64,000 nucleotides of DNA from Verrucomicrobiales bacterium (GTDB lineage Bacteria; Verrucomicrobiota; Verrucomicrobiia; Verrucomicrobiales; V1-33), in the NCBI GenBank assembly GCA_035550135.1, contig DASZQB010000053.1, positions 17,782-81,781 on the forward strand, written 5' to 3'. Below the pieces are notes generated by a model. That model was not told where the DNA came from. It worked only from the letters and a program-made list of their open reading frames with translations, and did not search any database. Within the stretch, counting starts at the first letter, position 1. Every line of letters begins with the position of its first letter. Position numbers and translations under genes: made by a program. This document shows positions 27,024 through 35,811 of the stretch, in pieces.

Positions 27024-28067
27024 ATGAAGACTCGTTCCCGCCTGTTGCTGTTTCTTCATGTTGCCGGTCTCCTGATGGGGCCGTTCGCGAGTGATGGGAA
27101 GCCGAAGGAGAAAGCCGCAGCGGCGACAGCACCGGAGGCGGTATCGCGGTGGGAGAGCATCTCGTATCCGGTGATGACGCCGTGGAGGAAGTGGATCACG
27201 CTGCCGGTGCTGGTGCCGACCGTCCGGGTGGAAAACAAGGAGAAGGAGGGGATGATATTGACGCTCAGTTATTTCCTGCCGTCAGAGTTCGAACAGAAGA
27301 AATCCGGCAAAGTGGAGGCGGAGAAGGTGACCGCGGAGTTGTATCGCAATCAGGAAAAGCCGGTGGCGCTGAAGGGAGTTTTTGACAGTCACATTTATTG
27401 GGGCAGCGGACCGGAAGGGCAATACCGGGAACTGGCAACCACCCACGCGTTTACGATTCCATGGGGGCCGAATGCCTTCGACGACGCGTGGGTGCGGCTG
27501 GATCTGAAGGACCGCGTTTTTTGGGTGGAACTGCCCTACGGGTTTATGCGCGATCCGAAAGATCCGCCCGCGCCGGAAGATCCGAAGCGCGAGTCTCCGA
27601 AGACGACACCGTTTTCTCAAAAGAAGCCGGGGCCGCAGGATCTCATCATTCCCTGGGAGTATGTCAGTTACCGGCTGGGGAAATTCCGGGAGGGAGGTTC
27701 GGTGATCGTGAACGTTGCCAATACCTTCGATGCGATGACGGAACTGGTACTGTGGAACTTCAGTGGCGGCGTGAGAGAGCCGGAATGCACGGTGGCGAAT
27801 GTAATCGTTCCCGGCTACGAGAAGACCGGTCAATGCATCTCGCTGACTCTCGAAAAGTCCTCAGATCCGTTCCGGTCGCAGTTGTTTCGCTATTCGAGGG
27901 GTTCTGGCGACGGCCGGCACTGGTGCCAGGTGCGGGTGACGGTGGAGAAAGAGGCCCGCACCCTGACGATGCCCTCCAGCCTGGTTGATTATGTTCACGG
28001 TCATGCCGACGTGCCGAGGGACGTGCCGCAGGTGAAAATTGCGGAGAAGTGGTGGTCGCGGCTTTGA
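27024..28067 (+). CDS. Hypothetical secreted protein
   Basis: Signal peptide MKTRSRLLLFLHVAGLLMGPFA. Coding-like composition. No recognisable motif. Confidence 0.5.
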   Translation: MKTRSRLLLFLHVAGLLMGPFASDGKPKEKAAAATAPEAVSRWESISYPVMTPWRKWITLPVLVPTVRVENKEKEGMILTLSYFLPSEFEQKKSGKVEAEKVTAELYRNQEKPVALKGVFDSHIYWGSGPEGQYRELATTHAFTIPWGPNAFDDAWVRLDLKDRVFWVELPYGFMRDPKDPPAPEDPKRESPKTTPFSQKKPGPQDLIIPWEYVSYRLGKFREGGSVIVNVANTFDAMTELVLWNFSGGVREPECTVANVIVPGYEKTGQCISLTLEKSSDPFRSQLFRYSRGSGDGRHWCQVRVTVEKEARTLTMPSSLVDYVHGHADVPRDVPQVKIAEKWWSRL

Positions 28068-28252
28068 TTGGCCGGACCGCAGGAGCCGGCCTCCTGACTA
28101 ATTTTTGGCTGGACCCCGGGGCAAGTCGTTTCCGGGATTCTTTCGCCGCGACGCGGCTGAGGAAGGGCGGTATTTGGCGCATCGGCGGGCCTGTGGCCCG
28201 AGTTTTGGTCCGGCTTCGCCGGATTGAGAGCAGTGTGAACAGATTCGATTGA

Positions 28253-29482
28253 GTGGCGGGAATATGGGACTATGGCCAGAGGTGTTGCATGTTTTTTCTG
28301 GTCGTTTTTTTCCTGATTCCGTTAATCGCCGCTTTGGGCGCATGGATCAATGCGCAGTTCATTTACCGGCTCTGCGCGAAGCGGATACGGGAGGCGGCGA
28401 AGGTAGAGTGGCCGGAGGACGCACGGCTGTTGTGGCCGTTTTTCGGTTCGGTGTCGTGGGCGCCGGAGCTTTTTTCCCGCGTGCTGATGGCGCCGCTGAT
28501 GGTCTATGCGGTGGTGGAACCCAACGGGCTGGTATGGCCGGTGCTGATCGGGTGGCTGGCGGCATGGTATGCGGGTTTTTTCCCGCTTTATTTCAGGGCG
28601 GAAAAACTCTGGAAGTTTGAACGGCGATTTCCGCTATGGCCGGAGGTTGGGGAGGGGGTTCTTCTCTACTCCGGATACATCGTGATCGCGGGCGTGATGC
28701 TAACCATTCAGGAGCCGGAGTGGTCGTGGCGCACGGCGGCGGTGGTGGCGGGAGGACTGGTGGCGTTTGCCGGATGGAATTCCACGGTGGCGACATGGAA
28801 AGGCATTTTGAAGAAGCGGCATCTTCCAGTGCCGGAGAGGCTGCGTGAAATCGTTAGCACGGCGGCGGGTGATCTGAACGTTCCCGTGCTGGAGATTTTG
28901 ATGATCGCGCTGAACCAGCCGCATGCGGAGGCGTATCCTGCGGCGCACATGATCGGCTTTACGCCATCGCTGGTGGAACTGCTGGACGACGAGGAACTGG
29001 CATGGGTGGCGCGGCATGAAATTGCGCACCTGACCGAGCCGGTGCCGGCGACGGCGCTGCGCCATTTGCGGGTGGCCGTGTATTTGCCGCTGTTTCTGCT
29101 GCGTCCGCTCGCGGCTTCGCTGGAGCCCTTTTGGGCGGCGGTGATTGCCATTGGATGGATACAGTTAGGCTCGCGGGCGTGGGCGGATTTTTCGCGCAAC
29201 CTCGAACGGCGGGCGGATACGAACGCCGGTGAGCGGAATCCCGCGGCAGCGGGTCGCGCGCTTGAAAAGCTCCACCGAGGCATCCGTTCACCGGCGGTAA
29301 TGGAAGACCCGTCCACGCATCCGGATTTATGGAGCCGCCTGACCGCGCTCGGCATTACCCCGGAATGGCCGAAGCCCGAGGCGGTGCGTTATGCGGATTG
29401 GTCGGAAATCCGGAATTGTTGCTGGATTATGGCGCTGCTGACGCTGGGGGTGACAGTGGCGGTGTTTTATGCGATGGGGTGA
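28253..29482 (+). CDS. Polytopic membrane zinc metalloprotease-like protein (M48/M56-type HEXXH)
   Basis: About 5 TM helices, then WVARHEIAHLTEP (HEXXH) and a downstream ERRAD. Start is GTG 28253 or in-frame ATG 28289. Confidence 0.6.
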   Translation: MAGIWDYGQRCCMFFLVVFFLIPLIAALGAWINAQFIYRLCAKRIREAAKVEWPEDARLLWPFFGSVSWAPELFSRVLMAPLMVYAVVEPNGLVWPVLIGWLAAWYAGFFPLYFRAEKLWKFERRFPLWPEVGEGVLLYSGYIVIAGVMLTIQEPEWSWRTAAVVAGGLVAFAGWNSTVATWKGILKKRHLPVPERLREIVSTAAGDLNVPVLEILMIALNQPHAEAYPAAHMIGFTPSLVELLDDEELAWVARHEIAHLTEPVPATALRHLRVAVYLPLFLLRPLAASLEPFWAAVIAIGWIQLGSRAWADFSRNLERRADTNAGERNPAAAGRALEKLHRGIRSPAVMEDPSTHPDLWSRLTALGITPEWPKPEAVRYADWSEIRNCCWIMALLTLGVTVAVFYAMG

Positions 29483-29559
29483 GGCAAGGGAAGGGCTGAA
29501 TGACGAAATGCGAAACCGGAATGACGAAAGAAAGCCAGGCTCTCGCGGGGGATGAACTT

Positions 29560-30345
29560 TTATGGATTGTTGTTTATCTTGCGGAGAATCAATTGCCCCG
29601 TGCGGAGGTCCCGCGATTCGAATACCATTCCTATGCCGAGGCTGGTGAGAAGCAGTTTTCCGTCGCGGATCCGAGTGTGGATGCGGTGAGAATACTTGCT
29701 GTGCGATACCATGAGAGGCGGCAAATGGACGCGCCAAAGGAGTTTTCCGTCTTTGATGCGTTCGATTTCGACGCCGCTATCGGAGATGGGTCCATAGCGG
29801 AGGTAGAGACGATCGTTTCGGTTTCCTTTGAGGTCGAAGAACTCTCCTTTGAGGAAGTCGCCATCCACCTTTTCCTTCCATGCGTCTTCGATGTGCGCGA
29901 CGGGTTTCTTTTGATCGTCGGGCCACTTCACTTCGCGGGAGATTTGCCTGCCGGTGGGAAGGTCGATGACTTCATTGATGGTGGCCGCTCCTTTGCTGGT
30001 GACGAGCACTTTCCCGTCTTCGATCTTGATATCGACTTCGTGGGAGTACTTGGAGTGCGCTATTATGAGCGGTTCGACGTGCGTGCGCCAGACCACCTTG
30101 TCTTTGGTGGTGCGTTCCAGTTCCACGCCGCTGTCGGCAATGGGAATATAGCGCCAGACGAGTTTGTCCGCGGAGGCGGCATCGATGGTGATAGACGAAC
30201 TGGAGCCACTTCCCCTCCGAGCCTTCTCCAGGATGGGACCCAGGGATGTGGGTATTTTGAACTTCTCGCCGGCGGGAGCTGGTTCAGCATGAACGCTTTG
30301 GCAGCCGATTATGACGGATATGAGGACAAGTGCGACGGAGTTCAT
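29560..30345 (-). CDS. Hypothetical lipoprotein made of two tandem copies of an approx. 80-aa module
   Basis: Lipobox VIIGC. LVWRYIPIADSGVELERTTKDKVVWRTHVEPLIIAHSKYSHEVDIKIEDGKVLVTS parallels LYLRYGPISDSGVEIERIKDGKLLWRVHLPPLMVSHSKYSHRIHTRIRDGKLLLTS. Confidence 0.6.
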   Translation of the reverse strand: MNSVALVLISVIIGCQSVHAEPAPAGEKFKIPTSLGPILEKARRGSGSSSSITIDAASADKLVWRYIPIADSGVELERTTKDKVVWRTHVEPLIIAHSKYSHEVDIKIEDGKVLVTSKGAATINEVIDLPTGRQISREVKWPDDQKKPVAHIEDAWKEKVDGDFLKGEFFDLKGNRNDRLYLRYGPISDSGVEIERIKDGKLLWRVHLPPLMVSHSKYSHRIHTRIRDGKLLLTSLGIGMVFESRDLRTGQLILRKINNNP

Positions 30346-30503
30346 AGGGATGGAGCGGGTGGACAACAACGCGACTCATTATGCCGGGAATTCCCCGTTA
30401 GAACAAGTGGCCTGGAGTTTGGGGTGCCATTACGATTATCAAAGACTTGGGAAGGTTGAGGCCCGGTTGGATCGACAAGGCGTGTGCTCCGGTGAGCGCT
30501 CGC

Positions 30504-30548
30504 AGGAGGGGTCGGGTTGGCGGGGCGGAATGCAATTCCGCGGTCCGT
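30504..30548. repeat. Dispersed repeat block with CGGAAT-nnn-ATTCCG core (copy B), in a 400-nt intergenic region
   Basis: AGGAGGGGTCGGGTTGGCGGGGCGGAATGCAATTCCGCGGTCCGT. Flanked by further shared blocks CCCGGTTGGA (30461) and TTTTTGAGAGGT (30649), also present at 23769-23941. Confidence 0.7.
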
Positions 30549-30769
30549 TTTGGCACCATCCGGTGACAAATGCCAGAGGGGCAATTGGTGGTGAGGGGTG
30601 GGAAATAGCAGCGAATTTTTTTTGGCATCCGGGCCGGAACAACGTGCGTTTTTGAGAGGTGTGGGCGGTGAGGAAGGTGCGGGATTCCGCAGTGACCTCC
30701 CGGTTTCGTTGATTCGGGGTATTCGGCCCCGGGAGCCGCCCGGACTGAAATGAGATCTATCTGCGCCTG

Positions 30770-31513
30770 ATGCTCCTAACTTATTTGTTTCGATTCGCTG
30801 GATTCGCCCGATTGATGATTGGCACTGCTGCGCTGGTTTTAACCAGCATGGTGATGTCCCCATGTGCGGAGGCGGCGATGGGGCCGGTGGCGACGATGGA
30901 ATTAAAGGTGAGTGTGAAAGATCAAAAACTGGCGCTCTATTACCAGGGGAGGCCGGTGAGGGTGTATGGGGTTTCGACGTCGAAGTTTGGCGTGGGGGAT
31001 GACAGCCGCACCTATCGGACGCCTGTCGGAAAGATGGCAGTGGTGGACAAGATCGGCGGGGGGCAGCCGGCGGGCATGGTGTTCAAGGGCAGGCAGGCCA
31101 CGGGCGAAGTGCTGGCGGCGAATGCGCCGGGGCGCGATCCCATCGTGAGCCGCATCCTGCGGCTAACCGGCACGGAGGCAAAGACGGGGAATGTTTATGA
31201 TCGTTGCATCTACATTCACGGGACGCCGGAGGAGAGGAATATCGGACGGCCCTCCAGCTATGGGTGCATCCGCATGCGGAGCATGGATATCATCGATCTC
31301 TACAGCCGTGTTTCGTTAGGGACGCAGGTGACGGTGATGGCGGGGAGTCTTCCTGGCGAGGCGAAGAGGCTGCCGGAATACGTGTGGCGTCCGGCGCCAA
31401 AGGGCGGAACCGCTGCGCCAAAACCGGCGGGGCAGGGAAGAGCGGCGATAGCGGGGAATTCACCATTCACCGGGCGACTGGTGCCGCTGAGCAGCGCGCG
31501 GATTTTGAATTGA
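30770..31513 (+). CDS. L,D-transpeptidase (YkuD domain)
   Basis: IYIHGTPEERNIGRPSSYGCIRMRSMDIIDLY contains the H...GC(I)R catalytic signature. N-terminal signal/TM. Confidence 0.85.
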   Translation: MLLTYLFRFAGFARLMIGTAALVLTSMVMSPCAEAAMGPVATMELKVSVKDQKLALYYQGRPVRVYGVSTSKFGVGDDSRTYRTPVGKMAVVDKIGGGQPAGMVFKGRQATGEVLAANAPGRDPIVSRILRLTGTEAKTGNVYDRCIYIHGTPEERNIGRPSSYGCIRMRSMDIIDLYSRVSLGTQVTVMAGSLPGEAKRLPEYVWRPAPKGGTAAPKPAGQGRAAIAGNSPFTGRLVPLSSARILN

Positions 31514-31530
31514 TCGTCGGCCGGGGACTG

Positions 31531-32523
31531 TCACGGCGCGCGTGTGTTCCAGAAGCGCACGGTGCCGTCGGCGTGCCCGGAGCATAGATGCGCGGCGTCC
31601 AGCCAGAGCAGGCAGGTGGCCCAAACGGAGAATGTGTCGCTGTGCCATGTTTCCTTCCAGCTTGTCAGGTTCCACACCTGGAGAGAAGAGACCGGGGAAG
31701 GCGGCGTGCCGGACGTGAGGGTGAGGTGGCCGGGTCCAAGCTGTTTCACGGGCACACCGGAGCAGACGGCGAGGGATTGTCCATCCGGGGAGAAGCCAAC
31801 CGCCAATGCGCCGGGCCGGGCGAGGGTCAGGGTGCGAACGAGGGAGCCGTTGTCCACCTTCCAGACCTTGAGCACCTCACTGTCGCCGGCGCTGGCAAGG
31901 AATTTTCCGTCCGGCGAAAAACACAGAGCGAAGGCGGCCGGGAGCGCAGCGGGCCATTGGCGCACGGTTGTGAATCCCTTCGTTTCGATAAATGTTAGGG
32001 TGTCGGGATCGGGACCGCGACCGCCGATGGCGAGGAGTTTGCCATCGTTTGAAATATCCATGGCGAAGGACGATTCGGCGGGGGCGGGATAAGGTTTCAA
32101 TGCCGCACCGGTTTCGATATCGAACAGGTGGCCGGTGAAGTGCGTGTTGGCGACGGCGGCGAACCGGCCATCGGGCGAGATGGCACCGGTGTCAGCGCGC
32201 TTATTGTAAGGCTGCAGGGTCAGGACTTTTCCGGAATCGGGATCGATATGGGCGAGGCCCGAAGCGCCCGCCGTGATGAGCTTTCCCTGCTGCAGCCAGC
32301 GCATGCTCACGGCGAGGCGCGGACTGGAAAAGCCGCGGACCTCTTTGCCGGTCTTGCAATCCCGAATGATGATGAGGCCATCGCGGGAGAGCGAAGCGGC
32401 CTGTGTGCGGTCCGGCGAGAGGGCGATGGCGACAACAGCTTCGGGATGTTTTGGTGGAAGAGGTTCGGCGGCAACGGCCGAAACAAGGGTCAGGAGCAGA
32501 GCAAGCAGGGATGAGGCATTCAT
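31531..32523 (-). CDS. Secreted WD40 repeat beta-propeller protein
   Basis: Signal peptide MNASSLLALLLTLVSAVAA. Repeated ...SPDG...A.....D..I.IW/F.. units (7 by eye). Confidence 0.8.
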   Translation of the reverse strand: MNASSLLALLLTLVSAVAAEPLPPKHPEAVVAIALSPDRTQAASLSRDGLIIIRDCKTGKEVRGFSSPRLAVSMRWLQQGKLITAGASGLAHIDPDSGKVLTLQPYNKRADTGAISPDGRFAAVANTHFTGHLFDIETGAALKPYPAPAESSFAMDISNDGKLLAIGGRGPDPDTLTFIETKGFTTVRQWPAALPAAFALCFSPDGKFLASAGDSEVLKVWKVDNGSLVRTLTLARPGALAVGFSPDGQSLAVCSGVPVKQLGPGHLTLTSGTPPSPVSSLQVWNLTSWKETWHSDTFSVWATCLLWLDAAHLCSGHADGTVRFWNTRAP

Positions 32524-32694
32524 GGCTGGACTCGTTAGGGTAAATGAAACCCGGCGGGCGCACCCGGCCCAGGTCTCAATGAATGGGAACGGCCCGGCTG
32601 CGGGAATCCGACAGAAATTTTTTGGCGATCCGGGAAGTGCGGTTTGTCAGACAGGCACGCGAGCCAAATGATGAGCACTGGCAGGGCTCTGCAG

Positions 32695-33201
32695 TCAGGA
32701 GGATTTCCGCCGCCGCGTAAAAATGATTCCCGCCCAAACAATCACCAGCACTTCAAAGAGAAACGTCCAGTGCAGGAAGAAGTTCAGCCACCAAGGCTTG
32801 TGCGTCGCCGGCACATGGAACCATGTCACCAGCCGGTGGCTCCACGGATGCCACCAGGCAATGCCGCCTGCGATCGTATCACACGCGAGATGAAGGAAAA
32901 CGGCGATCATCAGCGCAGCATCCGCCAACAGCAGGCGGCGTGATTTGAGCAGCAGCCCCGCCAGTGCGATCACGCCACCGATTAACAGCCACGCCAACGG
33001 CAGATGCGGCCAAAACAGGTGGTGATGGGTCCGACCGCCATCCACTAAATAAAAATAGAACATATCCAAATCCGGTGCAAGACTCCCGGCCAGCATGACA
33101 CAGGTCGTGAGGAGGCGATCCGCGGAATCCGGCCCGCGCCAGCAACTGCGCTGGAGCAGGTGATTGGCAACGTAACCGGAGGGGAGATGGCCGATGAACA
33201 T
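32695..33201 (-). CDS. Membrane-bound metal-dependent hydrolase, YdjM/DUF457-like
   Basis: MFIGHLPSGYV start, His-rich loops (GGRTHHHLFWPH) and 4 hydrophobic helices. Assignment from general resemblance only. Confidence 0.5.
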   Translation of the reverse strand: MFIGHLPSGYVANHLLQRSCWRGPDSADRLLTTCVMLAGSLAPDLDMFYFYLVDGGRTHHHLFWPHLPLAWLLIGGVIALAGLLLKSRRLLLADAALMIAVFLHLACDTIAGGIAWWHPWSHRLVTWFHVPATHKPWWLNFFLHWTFLFEVLVIVWAGIIFTRRRKSS

Positions 33202-33363
33202 GGGGAAGCGGGACTCTATAACGCAGCACGGCAGGGATAAATTGCAGGTTTTTTAGCATAAAGGTTCTGCGGAGCGGCGGTGCCGACAGCCGCAAAGCTG
33301 TGCCGGGCGTCGTCGTGCTGAACGGGAGGTCCGGTCTTATTTCCCGGTGTGGTCCCTGGCCAC

Positions 33364-34206
33364 CTACTTCCCGTGTGATTTGACGAAGTCGATAGCCGCT
33401 TTCACCTGAGGAACGCTATCCTTCCAGTCCGCTTCGTGTTCTATGGAGATGTGGCCATTGAAGTTTTGCGCTTTGAGTTCCTCGAGGCAGGCGGCGACAT
33501 CGACGACGCCTTTGCCGGCGACGACGACGGGAGCGTTGCCAAAGGTTGCCTTGTCTTTGAGGTGCACGCTGATGATGCGGCCTTTGAGAATGCGCAGGCA
33601 CTCGACGGGCTTGAGATTTGACGTGCACCAGTGGCCGAGGTCGGCGCAGGCGCCCACGCGGTGATCACGGCTTTCGACTACGCCGAGGATATAAAGCGGG
33701 TGCCAGACCTTGTATTTCGGATTGCTCATGGAACCGCCATGCTCGTGGAAGGCGACTTTGATATCGGTTTCCTTCGCGGCGGCCTCCCATGCCACGATCT
33801 GTTCTGTGGATTCCGTGCAGATGGAGTAAAGATCCATCTTTTTGGCCCATGCCATGATGGCTTTGACTTCCTCCGGATTGTTAGCGGCAATGACGCCATA
33901 GTTCACCGGGCGAATCCCCTGGCGCTGGCATTCGGCCTTGAGTTCCGCCATGGCGGCCTCGGACATGGTGTGATGCACCTTTTCGTTGGAGCCCGGCTTG
34001 AGGAACTGGCCGGGAAACAATTCAATCATATTGCCGCCGGCCTCTTTGGTCTTGGCGATGGCTTCGAAGGCGGTGAACTCCTTGAAGGTGTAAGCCTGCG
34101 AGCCGACAAACCAGCCGTTCTGTTTGAGGGATTCCGGAATGGGGGTGGCGAACAGGCTGAGGCAAAGGCCGAGGGCTGCGACCGGGAGGAGGCAATGGAG
34201 TTTCAT
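33364..34206 (-). CDS. Secreted sugar phosphate isomerase/epimerase (xylose-isomerase-like TIM barrel)
   Basis: Signal peptide MKLHCLLPVAALGLCLSLFA. ...VAFHEHGG..., ...ACADLGHW..., ...ISIEHE... metal-ligand pattern of the AP_endonuc_2 family. Confidence 0.75.
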   Translation of the reverse strand: MKLHCLLPVAALGLCLSLFATPIPESLKQNGWFVGSQAYTFKEFTAFEAIAKTKEAGGNMIELFPGQFLKPGSNEKVHHTMSEAAMAELKAECQRQGIRPVNYGVIAANNPEEVKAIMAWAKKMDLYSICTESTEQIVAWEAAAKETDIKVAFHEHGGSMSNPKYKVWHPLYILGVVESRDHRVGACADLGHWCTSNLKPVECLRILKGRIISVHLKDKATFGNAPVVVAGKGVVDVAACLEELKAQNFNGHISIEHEADWKDSVPQVKAAIDFVKSHGK

Positions 34207-34435
34207 AGACGTGTGCGATGTGATGAGTTGGGAGCGAGGGAAAATATGATGGCATTGCGCGATTCCTGACGGGAACCGCGTTTTGCCGTTTGGCCATCCC
34301 ATAACCGCGACTGGCCGCAAATCATAAAGACTACCGGAAACGCGGGGAACGGCACGTCCGCTGCAACCAAAAGAGGTCCCGGCAGCTACCGGCGACGCCG
34401 GTCCTTCCGGCTGAAACTTCTACCCACCTGTTGCC

Positions 34436-35803
34436 ATGAATTCCCGTTTCCTCCTCGCCGTCACCTCGCTCCTGCTGCTCGCCCCTCCCGGATTTGGGGT
34501 TGCAGAAGATACTTCCCAGCCCGCGCCTCCCGCGCCGGGTCAACCGCCACCGCCTCCGATTCCTCCCGCGCCGCCCGATCCCGGGAAACCACAGCCGATT
34601 CCTCCCGTTCCTCCTCCGCCTCCACCGGGACAGCCTGCTCCTCCCAAACCCAGTCCTCCGCGGCCCGGCCCGCCTTCACCTGGAAATCCTCCTGGCGCGT
34701 CTGCTCCCGCTCCAACTGCAACCACCGTCCGCGGCACGCGTTACGCCGCCGGGAAATGTGAACTCGAGGAAATCGCCGCTTTCCCTAACCAACAGGTCAC
34801 AGGTGTCACTGTCTCCCGCACGGGCCGCATTTTTGTCAACTTTCCCTATTGGTCGGATACTCACACCACCTCTGTCGCCGAAATCCTTCCGGACGACGAA
34901 GTAAAGCCTTATCCTGACATTGCATGGAACAGCAAAAACGGCCCCAGCGAAAAGCGATGGCTCTGTGTGCAAAGCGTCTATGTTGACGATACCGATGCCC
35001 TGTGGGTGCTCGATCCCGCCGCTCCGAAGATGGGCCACGTGATCCCTGGCGGACCCAAGCTCGTGAAGTTCGACCTGCACACCAACCGCTCGGTCCTGAC
35101 CATTTCGTTCGACGAATCCATTGCTCCCAAACAATCGTATCTCAATGACGTTAGGGTCGATACCGCGACAGGCCACGCGTTCATCACCGAGAGCGGCATG
35201 GGAGCCATTATTGTCGTGGACTTGAAAACCGGGAAATCCCGCCGCCTGCTCGAAGACCATGCCTCCACCAAAGCCGTGAAGGACGAGCAGATCACCGTGG
35301 ATGGCTTCAAACTCGTGGACCCGAAAAGCGGCAAAGCACCGGAAATCCACGCCGACGGCATTGCGCTCGATCAGAAAAACGGTTGGCTGTATTTTCATCC
35401 GCTCACCGGCACGACTCTCTTCCGCATCAAAACCGCCGACCTCCTCAACGAATCGCTCACCAAAGAACAGTTGTTCGCAAAGGTCGAAGACCTGGGCAAG
35501 ACCCCAAAGCCCGACGGGATGCTGGAAGCCCCGGACGGCTCCGTCTATCTCGCCGCCTTCGAGCAAAATGCCATTTCCCGCTTTGATCCCGATACCAAAA
35601 AAGTCGAAACGATCATTGCCGACGAACGACTTCAATGGCCAGACACTATGGCATGGGGGCCTGACGGGAATTTGTTAGTCACCACCTCGCAGATCCATCG
35701 CATGCCCCAGTACCATAATGGCGAGAGCAAACAACGCGGAGCTTTCCAGGTCTTCCGCCTGAAACCCGCGTCATCTCCTCCTCAACGGGCTTCCACGGAA
35801 TAG
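34436..35803 (+). CDS. Major royal jelly protein / yellow family (MRJP) beta-propeller with approx. 70-aa polyproline N-terminal linker
   Basis: Signal peptide, then PAPPAPGQPPPPPIPPAPPDPGKPQPIPPVPPPPPPGQ.... Core motifs VYVDDTDALWVLDP, GIALDQKNGWLYFHPLTG..LFRI, LQWPDTMAWGPDGNLLVTTSQIHR. Confidence 0.7.
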   Translation: MNSRFLLAVTSLLLLAPPGFGVAEDTSQPAPPAPGQPPPPPIPPAPPDPGKPQPIPPVPPPPPPGQPAPPKPSPPRPGPPSPGNPPGASAPAPTATTVRGTRYAAGKCELEEIAAFPNQQVTGVTVSRTGRIFVNFPYWSDTHTTSVAEILPDDEVKPYPDIAWNSKNGPSEKRWLCVQSVYVDDTDALWVLDPAAPKMGHVIPGGPKLVKFDLHTNRSVLTISFDESIAPKQSYLNDVRVDTATGHAFITESGMGAIIVVDLKTGKSRRLLEDHASTKAVKDEQITVDGFKLVDPKSGKAPEIHADGIALDQKNGWLYFHPLTGTTLFRIKTADLLNESLTKEQLFAKVEDLGKTPKPDGMLEAPDGSVYLAAFEQNAISRFDPDTKKVETIIADERLQWPDTMAWGPDGNLLVTTSQIHRMPQYHNGESKQRGAFQVFRLKPASSPPQRASTE

Positions 35804-35811
35804 TATGCGCG

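Noticed and set aside
29500-30459. 319-aa plus-strand ORF, longer than the minus-strand gene it overlaps
   Set aside because: Its translation is F/D/V/G-rich with no targeting signal or motif. It is what one expects as the antisense of a K/E/I-rich gene. The minus-strand frame has a lipobox and a clear internal domain duplication.
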